DNA from: Candidatus Rokubacteria bacterium 13_1_40CM_68_15
Lineage (GTDB): Bacteria > Methylomirabilota > Methylomirabilia > Rokubacteriales > CSP1-6
Assembly: GCA_001917585.1 (NCBI GenBank)
Contig: MNEG01000028.1
Location: forward strand, 4,505 to 68,504
Direction of reading: 5' to 3'
Length of the DNA stretch: 64,000 bases
Positions 56,205 through 64,000 of the stretch are shown piece after piece (the first letter of the stretch is position 1; every line of letters begins with the position of its first letter). The notes beneath the pieces were generated by a model. That model was given only the letters and a program-made list of their open reading frames with translations. It was not told the DNA's origin and ran no database searches. The translations under genes were made by a program, and so were the position numbers.

Positions 56205-56660
56205 TCACGCTGAACGTCCGCGGGTCGCGCCGCGACGAGATCGAGGCGGCCTCCCGGCGGCCGCCCGATGCCCCTTCGGGATCGCCGGCTGCGCGAGCAG
56301 CGGAGTGCACAGCGCGGCGCCGGCCGCCAGCGCGATGAGGGGCAGGGTCGGTCGCGTCGCGTTCCTCCTTGGCTGGCTCGATGGCCGACGATAGATCTCC
56401 GTGTCTGAACTGGCCATGAGCCCGGCGTTCATGAGACGTTCAGCGGCGGCCGTGGCGAAGAGCTCGGCGAGGGCGCCGACGATCCGGACGTCCTCCCGGA
56501 GGTGCACCGGCAGCACGACCTTCAGCTGGCGGGCCCGGCCACGGGCGTCCCGCGCGCCGGCAACCGATGCGCCGCTGACGAGGGCCTCGTGGACGGCACG
56601 GAGCGGCGACGGGAGCGCCGCTCCGGTGGCAAGCGCGACCAACGGGAGCGTGGCGTGCAT
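56205..56660 (-). CDS. Small ORF made of two tandem duplicated units, each preceded by an identical ribosome-binding site
   Basis: Unit A starts AAGGAGGAACGCC-ATG (MHATLPLVALATGAALPSPLRA…). Unit B, 300 nt downstream, starts AAGGAGGAACGCG-ACG (TRPTLPLIALAAGAALCTPLLAQ…), with the start codon degraded to ACG. Whether it is coding is uncertain. Confidence 0.35.
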   Translation of the reverse strand: MHATLPLVALATGAALPSPLRAVHEALVSGASVAGARDARGRARQLKVVLPVHLREDVRIVGALAELFATAAAERLMNAGLMASSDTEIYRRPSSQPRRNATRPTLPLIALAAGAALCTPLLAQPAIPKGHRAAAGRPPRSRRGATRGRSA

Positions 56661-56713
56661 GGCGTTCCTCCTTGCCGTCGATGCTCGACGACCAGGCGAG
56701 AATCGCCGACCGC

Positions 56714-56756
56714 GCCTGAACGGGCCGTGAGCTCAACGTTCATCTGCCGTTCAGGC
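56714..56756. promoter_or_regulatory. Perfect 10-bp inverted repeat in a divergent promoter region
   Basis: GCCTGAACGG - 23 nt - CCGTTCAGGC, between the small tandem ORF (minus) and the PepSY/RR/HK operon (plus). Confidence 0.5.
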
Positions 56757-56777
56757 AGTCGCGCGGTATTATTCAGC

Positions 56778-57116
56778 GTGGACCTTCATCGCCCCTTCAG
56801 GCTGCTGGCTGTCGCCGTGGTTCTCGCCTGTGCGGCGGCGGCGGGCGCCGATGACGATCACGCCCGAGCCCGTGCGGCGCGCGAAGCAGGTGAGATCGTC
56901 TCGCTCCAGGCGATCCTCGATCGGGTGCACGCCGAGTTCACCGGCTCTCCGGTCGAGATCGAGCTCGACGACGACGACGGCCGCTTCATCTACAAGGTCA
57001 AGCTGCTCGCGCCCGGCGGGGCCATCGTCAAGCTCGAGTACGATGCCCGCGACGCCCGCTTGCTTCGGGCCAAGGGCCGCGGTGCTGATGCGGCGCGGCG
57101 GCCGCGCCAAGAGTGA
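56778..57116 (+). CDS. Small secreted PepSY-domain protein, first gene of the two-component operon
   Basis: GTG start MDLHRPFRLLAVAVVLACAAAAGA…FIYKVKLLAPGGAIVKLEYDARDARLL. Its TGA overlaps the response-regulator start. Confidence 0.6.
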   Translation: MDLHRPFRLLAVAVVLACAAAAGADDDHARARAAREAGEIVSLQAILDRVHAEFTGSPVEIELDDDDGRFIYKVKLLAPGGAIVKLEYDARDARLLRAKGRGADAARRPRQE

Positions 57117-57778
57117 TGCGAGTTCTGGTCGTGGAGGATGACCCGGTCCTGAGCCGGCAGCTGGCCGAGACGTTGTCGCGGGCCGGTGATGCGGTTGATT
57201 GCGCAGCCGACGGCGAAGAAGGGCACTTCCTCGGCGATACCGAGCCCTACAACGCCGTCGTCCTCGATCTCGGCCTGCCCCGGCTCGACGGGATCACGGT
57301 GCTCAAGCGATGGCGCGCCGCCGGGCGGACCATGCCGGTCTTGATCCTCACCGCGCGGGGGAGCTGGCCCGAGAAGGTGCAGGGCATCGATGCCGGAGCC
57401 GATGACTATCTCGCCAAGCCATTCCAGATGGAAGAGCTCCTCGCGCGGGTCCGCGCGCTGATTCGCCGCGCTCACGGGCATGCGACCACCGAGCTGACGT
57501 GCGGCGGCGTGACCCTGGACACCCGTGCGGGCAGGGTCACGGTCAATGGCGGCCCCATCGATCTCTCGGCTCACGAATACCGGGTTCTCCGCTACCTCAT
57601 GCACCGCAAAGGTGAGGTCGTCTCGCGCAGCGAGCTCATCGAGCACATCTACGCTCAGGACTTCGACCGCGACTCCAACACGATCGAAGTCTTCGTCGCC
57701 CGGCTCCGACGCAAGCTCGGGGTCGACGTGATCAAGACGGTCCGCGGTCTCGGCTATCGGCTGGAAGAGCCCGGGTGA
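57113..57778 (+). CDS. OmpR/PhoB-family response regulator
   Basis: REC domain (MRVLVVEDDPVL…DLGLPRLDG) plus a winged-helix trans_reg_C domain. Confidence 0.9.
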   Translation: MMRVLVVEDDPVLSRQLAETLSRAGDAVDCAADGEEGHFLGDTEPYNAVVLDLGLPRLDGITVLKRWRAAGRTMPVLILTARGSWPEKVQGIDAGADDYLAKPFQMEELLARVRALIRRAHGHATTELTCGGVTLDTRAGRVTVNGGPIDLSAHEYRVLRYLMHRKGEVVSRSELIEHIYAQDFDRDSNTIEVFVARLRRKLGVDVIKTVRGLGYRLEEPG

Positions 57779-59127
57779 TCGCCGTCAATTCCCTCCGCCT
57801 CCGGCTGCTCGTCGGCGCCGTCATCTGGATCACGCTGGCGCTGGCCGCGGCCGGCACGCTCCTGGCGGCTCTGTTCCGCGCTCATGTCGATCGGCGACTC
57901 GAGGCCGAGTTGACGATCCAGGTCGAGCAGATCTCGGCCGCTCTCGAGCGAGGAGCCGCGGGCCAGCTCATCCTGACGCATCAGCCGAGCGATCCCCGGT
58001 TCCGCAAGCCGTATTCGGGGTCCTACTGGCAAGTCGACGGGGCCGAGGGTCCTATCTTCCGATCCCGGTCGCTGTGGGACGTCGCGCTCGGCCTGCCGCG
58101 CGACGCGTCTCCCGACGGCGCCGTCCACCGCCATCGACTCTCCGGCCCTGAAGGGCAAAGGCTGATCGTGGTGGAACGGACGGTGACGCTGCCCGATACA
58201 CCGGGAGCCTATCGCGTGATCGCCGCGACGGACGAAGCTGATCTGACCGCGGCAGCCGCGGCCTTCACCCGCACGCTCGTCCTGTCCCTGGCTGTCCTCG
58301 CCGCTGCCTTGTTCGCCGCGGCCGCGATGCAGGTCCGTGTCGGACTGAGACCGCTCCATCGGCTCCGCGCCGGCATCGCGGCCATTCGGGAAGGCAGCAT
58401 CAAGCGGCTCCAGGGGTCATTCCCGACCGAGACCCAACCTCTGGTCGAGGATCTCAACGCGCTCCTCCAACGCAACGAGGAAATCGTGTCCCGTGGCCGC
58501 ATCCAGGCCGGCAATCTCGCACATGGCCTGAAGACTCCGCTGAGCATCCTCGCGAACGAGGTCGATCGGCTCGTCGCCGACGGCGCCCCGCAGCTGGCCG
58601 GGTCGATGCGAGGCCAGATCACCACGATGCAGCAGCAGATCGATTACCACCTGGCTCGTGCGCGCGCGGCCGCATCGATCGACGTGCCGGGCGCGCGGGT
58701 CCCGGTGGCGCCGTCCGTGGCCGCCATCCAGCGCACGCTGGCCCGCCTTTACGTCGGTCGCGACCTGCAGTTCACGATCGACATCCCGGCCGATCACGTC
58801 TTCCGCGGCGAGCAGCAGGACCTGGAGGAAATGCTCGGCAACCTGATGGACAACGCGTGCAAATGGGCGCGCGGCCGCGTCGCGATAACGAGCCGCCGCG
58901 ATGACGGCCGCCTGACGATGGTGATCGAAGACGACGGACCCGGCTTGCCGGCAGAGCAGCAGGGATTCGCCCTCACCGCGGGAGCACGCTTCGACGAGAA
59001 CGTGCCGGGGACCGGCCTGGGGCTCGCGATCGTCCGTGATCTGGTCAGCCTCTACAGCGGCGCGATCGCGCTCGGGAGCTCCGGCCTGGGCGGACTGCGG
59101 GCCGAGCTCACCCTACCCGCCGGCTAA
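57775..59127 (+). CDS. Sensor histidine kinase (two TM, HAMP, HisKA, HATPase_c; PhoQ/EnvZ-like)
   Basis: H-box LAHGLKTPLSIL; N, G1 and G2 boxes (NLMDNACKWA, DDGPGLP, GTGLGLAIV). Confidence 0.88.
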   Translation: MIAVNSLRLRLLVGAVIWITLALAAAGTLLAALFRAHVDRRLEAELTIQVEQISAALERGAAGQLILTHQPSDPRFRKPYSGSYWQVDGAEGPIFRSRSLWDVALGLPRDASPDGAVHRHRLSGPEGQRLIVVERTVTLPDTPGAYRVIAATDEADLTAAAAAFTRTLVLSLAVLAAALFAAAAMQVRVGLRPLHRLRAGIAAIREGSIKRLQGSFPTETQPLVEDLNALLQRNEEIVSRGRIQAGNLAHGLKTPLSILANEVDRLVADGAPQLAGSMRGQITTMQQQIDYHLARARAAASIDVPGARVPVAPSVAAIQRTLARLYVGRDLQFTIDIPADHVFRGEQQDLEEMLGNLMDNACKWARGRVAITSRRDDGRLTMVIEDDGPGLPAEQQGFALTAGARFDENVPGTGLGLAIVRDLVSLYSGAIALGSSGLGGLRAELTLPAG

Positions 59128-59143
59128 GAACGGAGGCCAGCCA

Positions 59144-59401
59144 ATGAGCCTGCGCGGTTACCTGGCTCTCGCGATGCTGACGGCCATCGGCGCTGCGGCG
59201 TGTTCCGAGAAGCACTGGACCAAGCCAGGCGCTACCGTCGAGGACTTCAATCGGGACAACCACGCGTGTGCGCTGGAGGCCCAGCGGGGCGTCTTCAGCT
59301 ACAGCGGCACCCCGGTCAACAAGCGCACCTACCGCAACTGCATGCGCGCCCGCGGCTACCAGCTCGTCGAGGGCGGCCAGTGGGTCGGGTTGAGGGACTA
59401 G
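59144..59401 (+). CDS. Small lipoprotein of unknown function
   Basis: MSLRGYLALAMLTAIGAAAC lipobox; GGAGG ribosome-binding site upstream; 85 aa. Confidence 0.55.
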   Translation: MSLRGYLALAMLTAIGAAACSEKHWTKPGATVEDFNRDNHACALEAQRGVFSYSGTPVNKRTYRNCMRARGYQLVEGGQWVGLRD

Positions 59402-59408
59402 CGCCCCG

Positions 59409-60710
59409 TCACCACTCGTACGTCAGCCGCAAGGTCGCGGTGTCGGAGTCTCGGTTCGTGCCGCGGTGAGCCTTGTTGTAGTCCTGCTCGTTGTTGTACT
59501 CGAGGGCGACGCGGATGTTCTCCGAGAGCCAGCTCCCCACGGTGTAGAGCGTTCTCCTCTTCGGAAACGCTGCGAACATCTGATAGCTCTTCGAATAGTT
59601 GAACGCGGCAAAAGGCCTCAGACCGAACAGCGTCGTCGTATACCCGAGCTCGACCTGCCAGGCCTCGGGCTGGGTACGGAGCTGCTGTCCACCGCGCGTG
59701 AACTTGGCCTCACGAACGGCCGAATCGTACTCACCGATGAATGAAAACCCGAACAGCCCTGCCCTCACGTAGGTAGCGATACCAGGCGTGTACCCCTTCT
59801 TGGGTGCGAGCACCAGCTCCGGAAACGCCGTGCTGAGGCCGTCCGTATCGAAGACAGAGTCGATCCATCCGATACCGACATCGAACGAGAGGGTCTCGCC
59901 CTTGTGGCCATAACCAATCGCGAAGCCGTAATGTTCGAGATGTTTTTCACGTACGCCGTTATTGGTGTCCCCGTTGTAGACGTAGGCCGCGACATTGAAT
60001 CCATGGTCCTTGTAACCAACCAGCACGTGATCTTCCTTGGCCTCGAAGATCTCGAGCGTCAACGGACCGGTGATGGTCAGCGATTCGTCCAGCCTGGCCG
60101 CCACGGTGGTGCCCGTCGAGATACCGAAGGGCACCACGCCTCGACCGGTCTTCAGGTAGAACGGAAGCACCGACGGCTTGGCAAACGTGATCATCGCCTC
60201 GTTCACCGTGATCTTGTCGTCGGGCGTCGCCGGGAAGCTGTTCGTCGGCGCGATCCACTGGAGCGAGAGCTCGGCCTTGGCCCAGTCGACGATGTCGGCT
60301 TCGAAATCGAACTCGGCGGTGCTTAGTAAGAGGTCACTACTGTGGACGCCCCGGAAATCGCGACTCTTCTTGACCTCGACCTCGATGGCGCCGCCGAGCT
60401 GAATCTTGTCCTTGGCGCTCTTGCCGACTTGTGGAGTCGGCTCCGTGGCGCGCGCCGTGGCGGGATCTTTGGTCGCGTCGCCCGGTTTGGTGGCCGCCTC
60501 GGGCGCCTGCCCGCGCTTCGACATCGTGTCTTCGAGCTCACGGACGCGCTTCCTGAGTTCCTCGTTTTGCTTGATGACGTCCTGGACAATGCGCCTGAGA
60601 GCTTCCAGCTCCGCTGACGAGGCGCCAGGTTGAGCCGAGGCTGTTGACCCGCTCAGAACGCAGAACATCGACGCTGCGACGATGCTCCTCTTGATTCCCG
60701 AGTTCGTCAT
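59409..60710 (-). CDS. Outer-membrane beta-barrel porin with an N-terminal coiled-coil segment (phosphate-selective porin O/P-like architecture)
   Basis: Signal peptide; coiled coil ELEALRRIVQDVIKQNEELRKRVRELED; alternating amphipathic beta strands; C-terminal LRLTYEW aromatic terminus. Confidence 0.6.
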   Translation of the reverse strand: MTNSGIKRSIVAASMFCVLSGSTASAQPGASSAELEALRRIVQDVIKQNEELRKRVRELEDTMSKRGQAPEAATKPGDATKDPATARATEPTPQVGKSAKDKIQLGGAIEVEVKKSRDFRGVHSSDLLLSTAEFDFEADIVDWAKAELSLQWIAPTNSFPATPDDKITVNEAMITFAKPSVLPFYLKTGRGVVPFGISTGTTVAARLDESLTITGPLTLEIFEAKEDHVLVGYKDHGFNVAAYVYNGDTNNGVREKHLEHYGFAIGYGHKGETLSFDVGIGWIDSVFDTDGLSTAFPELVLAPKKGYTPGIATYVRAGLFGFSFIGEYDSAVREAKFTRGGQQLRTQPEAWQVELGYTTTLFGLRPFAAFNYSKSYQMFAAFPKRRTLYTVGSWLSENIRVALEYNNEQDYNKAHRGTNRDSDTATLRLTYEW

Positions 60711-60904
60711 GGTCGTCTCGCCCCTTTTATGAATGCGGATACTCAGGGGAGAACAGCCAGCGGGTGCTCGTCGATGACGGCGCGCATCGGATTCCGGCGC
60801 GCCCTTCTTCGTCCTGGCTTCGCGTTTTCCCCCGCGCGCGCCCGGTGACCGGGCCGCCCGATGATCGGCGATGATTTCCCATTTCCGGCAACTGACATGC
60901 CAGT

Positions 60905-60921
60905 CTTGGATATCATCCAAG
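60905..60921. promoter_or_regulatory. Perfect palindrome CTTGGATATCATCCAAG upstream of the porin gene
   Basis: 17-nt palindrome in the 314-bp, lower-GC region between the porin and the next gene; candidate dimeric-regulator operator. Confidence 0.4.
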
Positions 60922-61024
60922 CCGGCTCAGGACCTACGAATTTGGCCGTCAGACGATTCGATGGATGCCATGCTGACGTGGCCGAACGCCCGGGAAATGT
61001 CAGCACGTCAACGTCGAAGCGGAG

Positions 61025-61663
61025 CTACTTCTTCACAATCGCTTCGGACGGGGGCTTCTCGAGAAATTGCGCCGGGCTCAACAGTAACTGGTCGAACGCG
61101 ACGCCCTCCATGCCGGCCTGTACGTGTACCAGGACCTCGCCACTCGCTCTGAAATACACCAGCGAGTCGGACGGTTTGCCGCCGGCGACGTCGCAGCCCA
61201 CCCATTTCCAGCCTTGCTGTGTCGGCCCCTGCGCCGTCAGGTAACTCGCTGTGCCGGGCTTGAGGACTTCCCGGTTGGCCGCGTCGACCGCATTGGAGAA
61301 CTGCACATAGAGCCGGTTCGCCTTCGAGAAGCCCTTGGGCGCGCCCACCTTCATGTGAATCCAGCAACGGTAGGGCACGCCGCTTTGAACGTTGACCTTG
61401 AACTTCACATGGGGGTCTTCCTCGGGCGGCGGGTGAAGCATGTCTCCGGTGTTGGGCGTTCCAACCATCTTCCCGCCCGGCGAGGCCGAATCGCTCCAGA
61501 TCTCGAACTCGAACAGGGCGCTCTTCGGCAGCTCGGACGTGTAGACCACGACCTCGGCCGGAGGCGCCTCCGGCTTCTGCTCCTGGCTGGCGACGAGTGA
61601 GACGAATCCAAGCGTCACCACCGCCGACACCACGGCGATGCACGCAGCTCTGAACTTCGTCAT
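61025..61663 (-). CDS. Secreted hypothetical protein
   Basis: Signal peptide MTKFRAACIAVVSAVVTLGFVSLVASQ; 212 aa; no motif recognised. Confidence 0.55.
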   Translation of the reverse strand: MTKFRAACIAVVSAVVTLGFVSLVASQEQKPEAPPAEVVVYTSELPKSALFEFEIWSDSASPGGKMVGTPNTGDMLHPPPEEDPHVKFKVNVQSGVPYRCWIHMKVGAPKGFSKANRLYVQFSNAVDAANREVLKPGTASYLTAQGPTQQGWKWVGCDVAGGKPSDSLVYFRASGEVLVHVQAGMEGVAFDQLLLSPAQFLEKPPSEAIVKK

Positions 61664-62518
61664 CTATTTACCTTTGGCGGTGGGCATGTGCTCCGACGGT
61701 GACGTGCGGCCGTACACCTCTTTGCTGACCTTGTAGGCGTTCGCCTCCAGTTTCAGCGCGGCTGTGCGAGCTTTCGCCATGGCATCTGGGCCGAGCTGCG
61801 AGAACTCAGCCAGCTCCAGGACCTCTTGCAGCTTTTCTCCCTTGCCTCTCCACCCGACGCGAACTTTGCCCACGCCGCGCGCGTAGTACTTGAGTTGCTG
61901 AGCGTCCGCGCCCTCCTCCCTACTGCCCTCGGCCATCACCAGAACGTCCTCGAAGCAGCGCAACGGGACACATGTCTTCTGCCCGACCTGGTCCACGGCG
62001 CCCCGGTCGGTAAAGTTCACCGCGGGCGCCCACCCCTGGGAGAAGCTGGGCCCTCCGAGTCTCGGCGCTGCCGGCATGGCAATGCCCGCTCGGGATTCCA
62101 CCACACCGTGGATCCAGGTGGGTGCTTTCGCGAATTTCCCATCCTCGTATTCCTCGGGGTGCTCCCCCATTGCCCAGACGTTGCCGTCCTTGTCCTGAGC
62201 GAAGAAAGCGAGCTCCCTCTCCATCATCTGTCCCGCCCTGTAGTCTTCCATCCAGATGACGACGGTGCGTACGCCATCGATCACCTTGGTCAAGTCGGTG
62301 ACGGTGACGGTCAGGCGATGAGGGACGCGCTTACCGGCCTCGGTGGTGAACCCCTTGAGGACCCACCGCATTCCCGGCTTCATCGGAAACCAGGGATTGT
62401 CGATCGTGGTCGAACGGTCGAAGTTGTTGCGGTCGAAGTCCTCGAACTCCTTCTCCGGGGCACTGGCCTTCTGCTGCGCCATGACGGCTCCGCCGCCAGA
62501 GACGCCGACCCCATTCAT
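61664..62518 (-). CDS. Hypothetical protein
   Basis: ATG start MNGVGVSGGG… with a GGTGGAGG ribosome-binding site 6 nt upstream; 284 aa; no motif recognised. Stop abuts the downstream gene start. Confidence 0.5.
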   Translation of the reverse strand: MNGVGVSGGGAVMAQQKASAPEKEFEDFDRNNFDRSTTIDNPWFPMKPGMRWVLKGFTTEAGKRVPHRLTVTVTDLTKVIDGVRTVVIWMEDYRAGQMMERELAFFAQDKDGNVWAMGEHPEEYEDGKFAKAPTWIHGVVESRAGIAMPAAPRLGGPSFSQGWAPAVNFTDRGAVDQVGQKTCVPLRCFEDVLVMAEGSREEGADAQQLKYYARGVGKVRVGWRGKGEKLQEVLELAEFSQLGPDAMAKARTAALKLEANAYKVSKEVYGRTSPSEHMPTAKGK

Positions 62519-62593
62519 GACGCCTCCACCCGTTCGAGAATCACCAGGTAGCGGGACGATACCCACCGCCACCTGAACAGAACCTGAATACGG

Positions 62594-62839
62594 TTAGATG
62601 CCGAGTATGACCTTGGCCTTCTCCAGCGTGTCGATCGATTGCTTGTGCTTGCCGGCCTTGTGCAGTTTTTCCCCTTCGGCACGGAACTTCTTGACCTTCT
62701 CGAGATTGGCGGCGCTCAGCTTCGTGCCCTTGGCCAGCGACTCGTCGATCTCTTTCATGTCCGTCGGGCAACTACTGGCGAAGGCGGGGGTCACCCACAC
62801 CATCGCCAGCAGAGCGACGAGAACGGCGATTCTCCTCAT
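62594..62839 (-). CDS. Small secreted Cys-Pro protein (paralog 2), unknown function
   Basis: MRRIAVLVALLAMVWVTPAFA|SSCPTDMKEI…LHKAGKHKQSIDTLEKAKVILGI. AGGAAAGGAG ribosome-binding site upstream. Shares the C-terminal pattern H-x2-GKH-x2-S-x8-KVLGV/I with 50069..50332. Confidence 0.6.
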   Translation of the reverse strand: MRRIAVLVALLAMVWVTPAFASSCPTDMKEIDESLAKGTKLSAANLEKVKKFRAEGEKLHKAGKHKQSIDTLEKAKVILGI

Positions 62840-62874
62840 GGGACGCCAGCTCCTTTCCTCATGACTTCGACCCG

Positions 62875-64000
62875 CTACGCCGGCTGCCGCTGCGACCTCC
62901 CGAACCGCAAGTAGAGTGACGGCACGACGAACAGGTTGAGCAGGGTCGACGTGACGAGGCCTCCGATCACGACGATGGCCAGCGGGTGCTCGATCTCGTT
63001 CCCCGGGATATTCCCGGCGACCACCAGAGGCACGATGGCCAATCCGCAAGCCAACGTGGTCATGAGAATCGGCGAGAGCCGTTCGCGGGCTCCACGGACG
63101 ACAAGGCCGGGGCCGAAGGTTTCGCCTTCGTACCGCTCGAGATGCTGAAAGTGGTTGATCATCATGATGCCGTTGCGCGCGGCGATGCCCAGGATCGTGA
63201 AAAATCCGACGAGCGAGCCGAGCGAGATGATCCCGTCAGCGAAGTAGATCGCCAGCACGCCTCCGACCAGCGCCGAGGGTAGCGTCAAGAAGGAGAGCGT
63301 GGCCAGGCGCCAGCTCCCGAAGGACGTCACGAGAAGCAAGTACACGCCGATCACCGCGGCTATCGAGAAGGTGAGCAAGTGCTGTTGCGCGGCCTGCCGC
63401 TCCGCGTACTCGCCGAGGACCTCGGCGCGGTACCCCAGGGGGAACTTGACGTCCTTGAGCCGGCGCTCGACGTCGGCGACGACGGAGCCGAGATCCCGTC
63501 CGCGCACGTTGCCGCCCACGTCGTGGCGGCGCGAGAGGCCTTCATGTTCGATGCTGTCCGGCGTGGGCTTGACGCTCACGTCGGCGACCTCGGCCAAGCG
63601 CACGTGACCGCCTTTGGGCGTGTCGATCAGCAGCTCTTGAATACTGCTCACGCTCCGGCGCGCTTCCGGCTTACTCCACACCCACACGTCGTACACCTTC
63701 CCGTCCCGGTGGATGTCGGAAACCTCGATGCCGGATACGACGGTGGCCGCCGCCCGACGGACGTCCCCGGGCTTGAGTCCATGACTGTGAGCGTTGGCGA
63801 GATCCACCTTGACCTCCACCTGGGGAACGGGTCGGTGCACCTCCATTTTCAAATCCACGAGCCCTGGGATCCCGGCCAGGGCGTGCTCCACCTCGGCGGC
63901 CGTCTGGCGGAGGACCTCCAGATCGGGGCCGTAGGTGCGCACCACGATGGACTGCTTGGCGCCCGTCAGCACCTCTTTGATCCGCTCTTTGAGATAGGTC
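62875..64000 (-). CDS. RND efflux transporter, CzcA/CusA heavy-metal-efflux family; C-terminal part only, the 5' end lies beyond the window
   Basis: C-terminal periplasmic and TM domains (…FLTLPSALVGGVLAIYFADG…MMINHF…LMTTLACGLAIVPLVVAG…) typical of the HME-RND family. Confidence 0.8.
   Translation of the reverse strand, partial: TYLKERIKEVLTGAKQSIVVRTYGPDLEVLRQTAAEVEHALAGIPGLVDLKMEVHRPVPQVEVKVDLANAHSHGLKPGDVRRAAATVVSGIEVSDIHRDGKVYDVWVWSKPEARRSVSSIQELLIDTPKGGHVRLAEVADVSVKPTPDSIEHEGLSRRHDVGGNVRGRDLGSVVADVERRLKDVKFPLGYRAEVLGEYAERQAAQQHLLTFSIAAVIGVYLLLVTSFGSWRLATLSFLTLPSALVGGVLAIYFADGIISLGSLVGFFTILGIAARNGIMMINHFQHLERYEGETFGPGLVVRGARERLSPILMTTLACGLAIVPLVVAGNIPGNEIEHPLAIVVIGGLVTSTLLNLFVVPSLYLRFGRSQRQPA

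Noticed and set aside
56401-56730. Plus-strand 109-aa ORF in the region of the tandem small ORF.
   Set aside because: It has no ribosome-binding site and is low-complexity. The minus-strand reading has two perfect AAGGAGGAAC sites and is preferred.
60711-61024. Pho box upstream of the porin gene.
   Set aside because: Only one CTGACAT half-site-like heptamer is present, with no second repeat at 11-nt spacing. The palindrome found there is not Pho-box-like.

Overview
High-GC (~68%) bacterial chromosomal segment from a Gram-negative (diderm) organism; the lineage cannot be fixed from sequence alone. Most of the window is core housekeeping genes in long minus-strand operons. These include a phenylacetate module (paaA-like fragment, paaK), a glycosyltransferase/bifunctional-nuclease/miaB block, and an archaeal-type class V fructose-1,6-bisphosphate aldolase/phosphatase facing a SorC/CggR-like regulator. 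Next come accA, then a dnaE interrupted by a 421-aa intein with a LAGLIDADG homing endonuclease, guaB3-like/guaA, birA, valS, lptF/lptG, a UPF0182 membrane protein, ahcY, metK, PGI/PMI and a GH57 glycoside hydrolase. A conserved envelope cluster follows: rapZ, rpoN, lptB, lptA, lptC, kdsD, kdsA, pyrG, then a CBS-fused CCA enzyme, xerD, murJ, rpsT, a leuS-lptE-holA-hydrolase operon and uvrC. The last ~12 kb (52-64 kb) looks accessory and envelope-focused: secreted proteins of unknown function, a PAP2 phosphatase, MgtC, PepSY proteins with an OmpR/PhoQ-type two-component system, lipoproteins, a coiled-coil porin, and an RND efflux pump cut by the window edge. No CRISPR array, transposase or phage genes were found. 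The most unusual signals are the dnaE intein, an lptF-lptG reading frame with no stop followed by a frameshift or deletion in lptG, repeated GC-rich hairpins, a tandemly duplicated small ORF with two identical ribosome-binding sites, overlapping face-to-face promoters, and two paralogous small Cys-Pro periplasmic proteins. Coordinates come from the ORF track by counting residues; the printed sequence disagrees with the track by one nucleotide at a few line junctions (near 22800 and 50340), so non-coding coordinates are good to about +/-2 nt.
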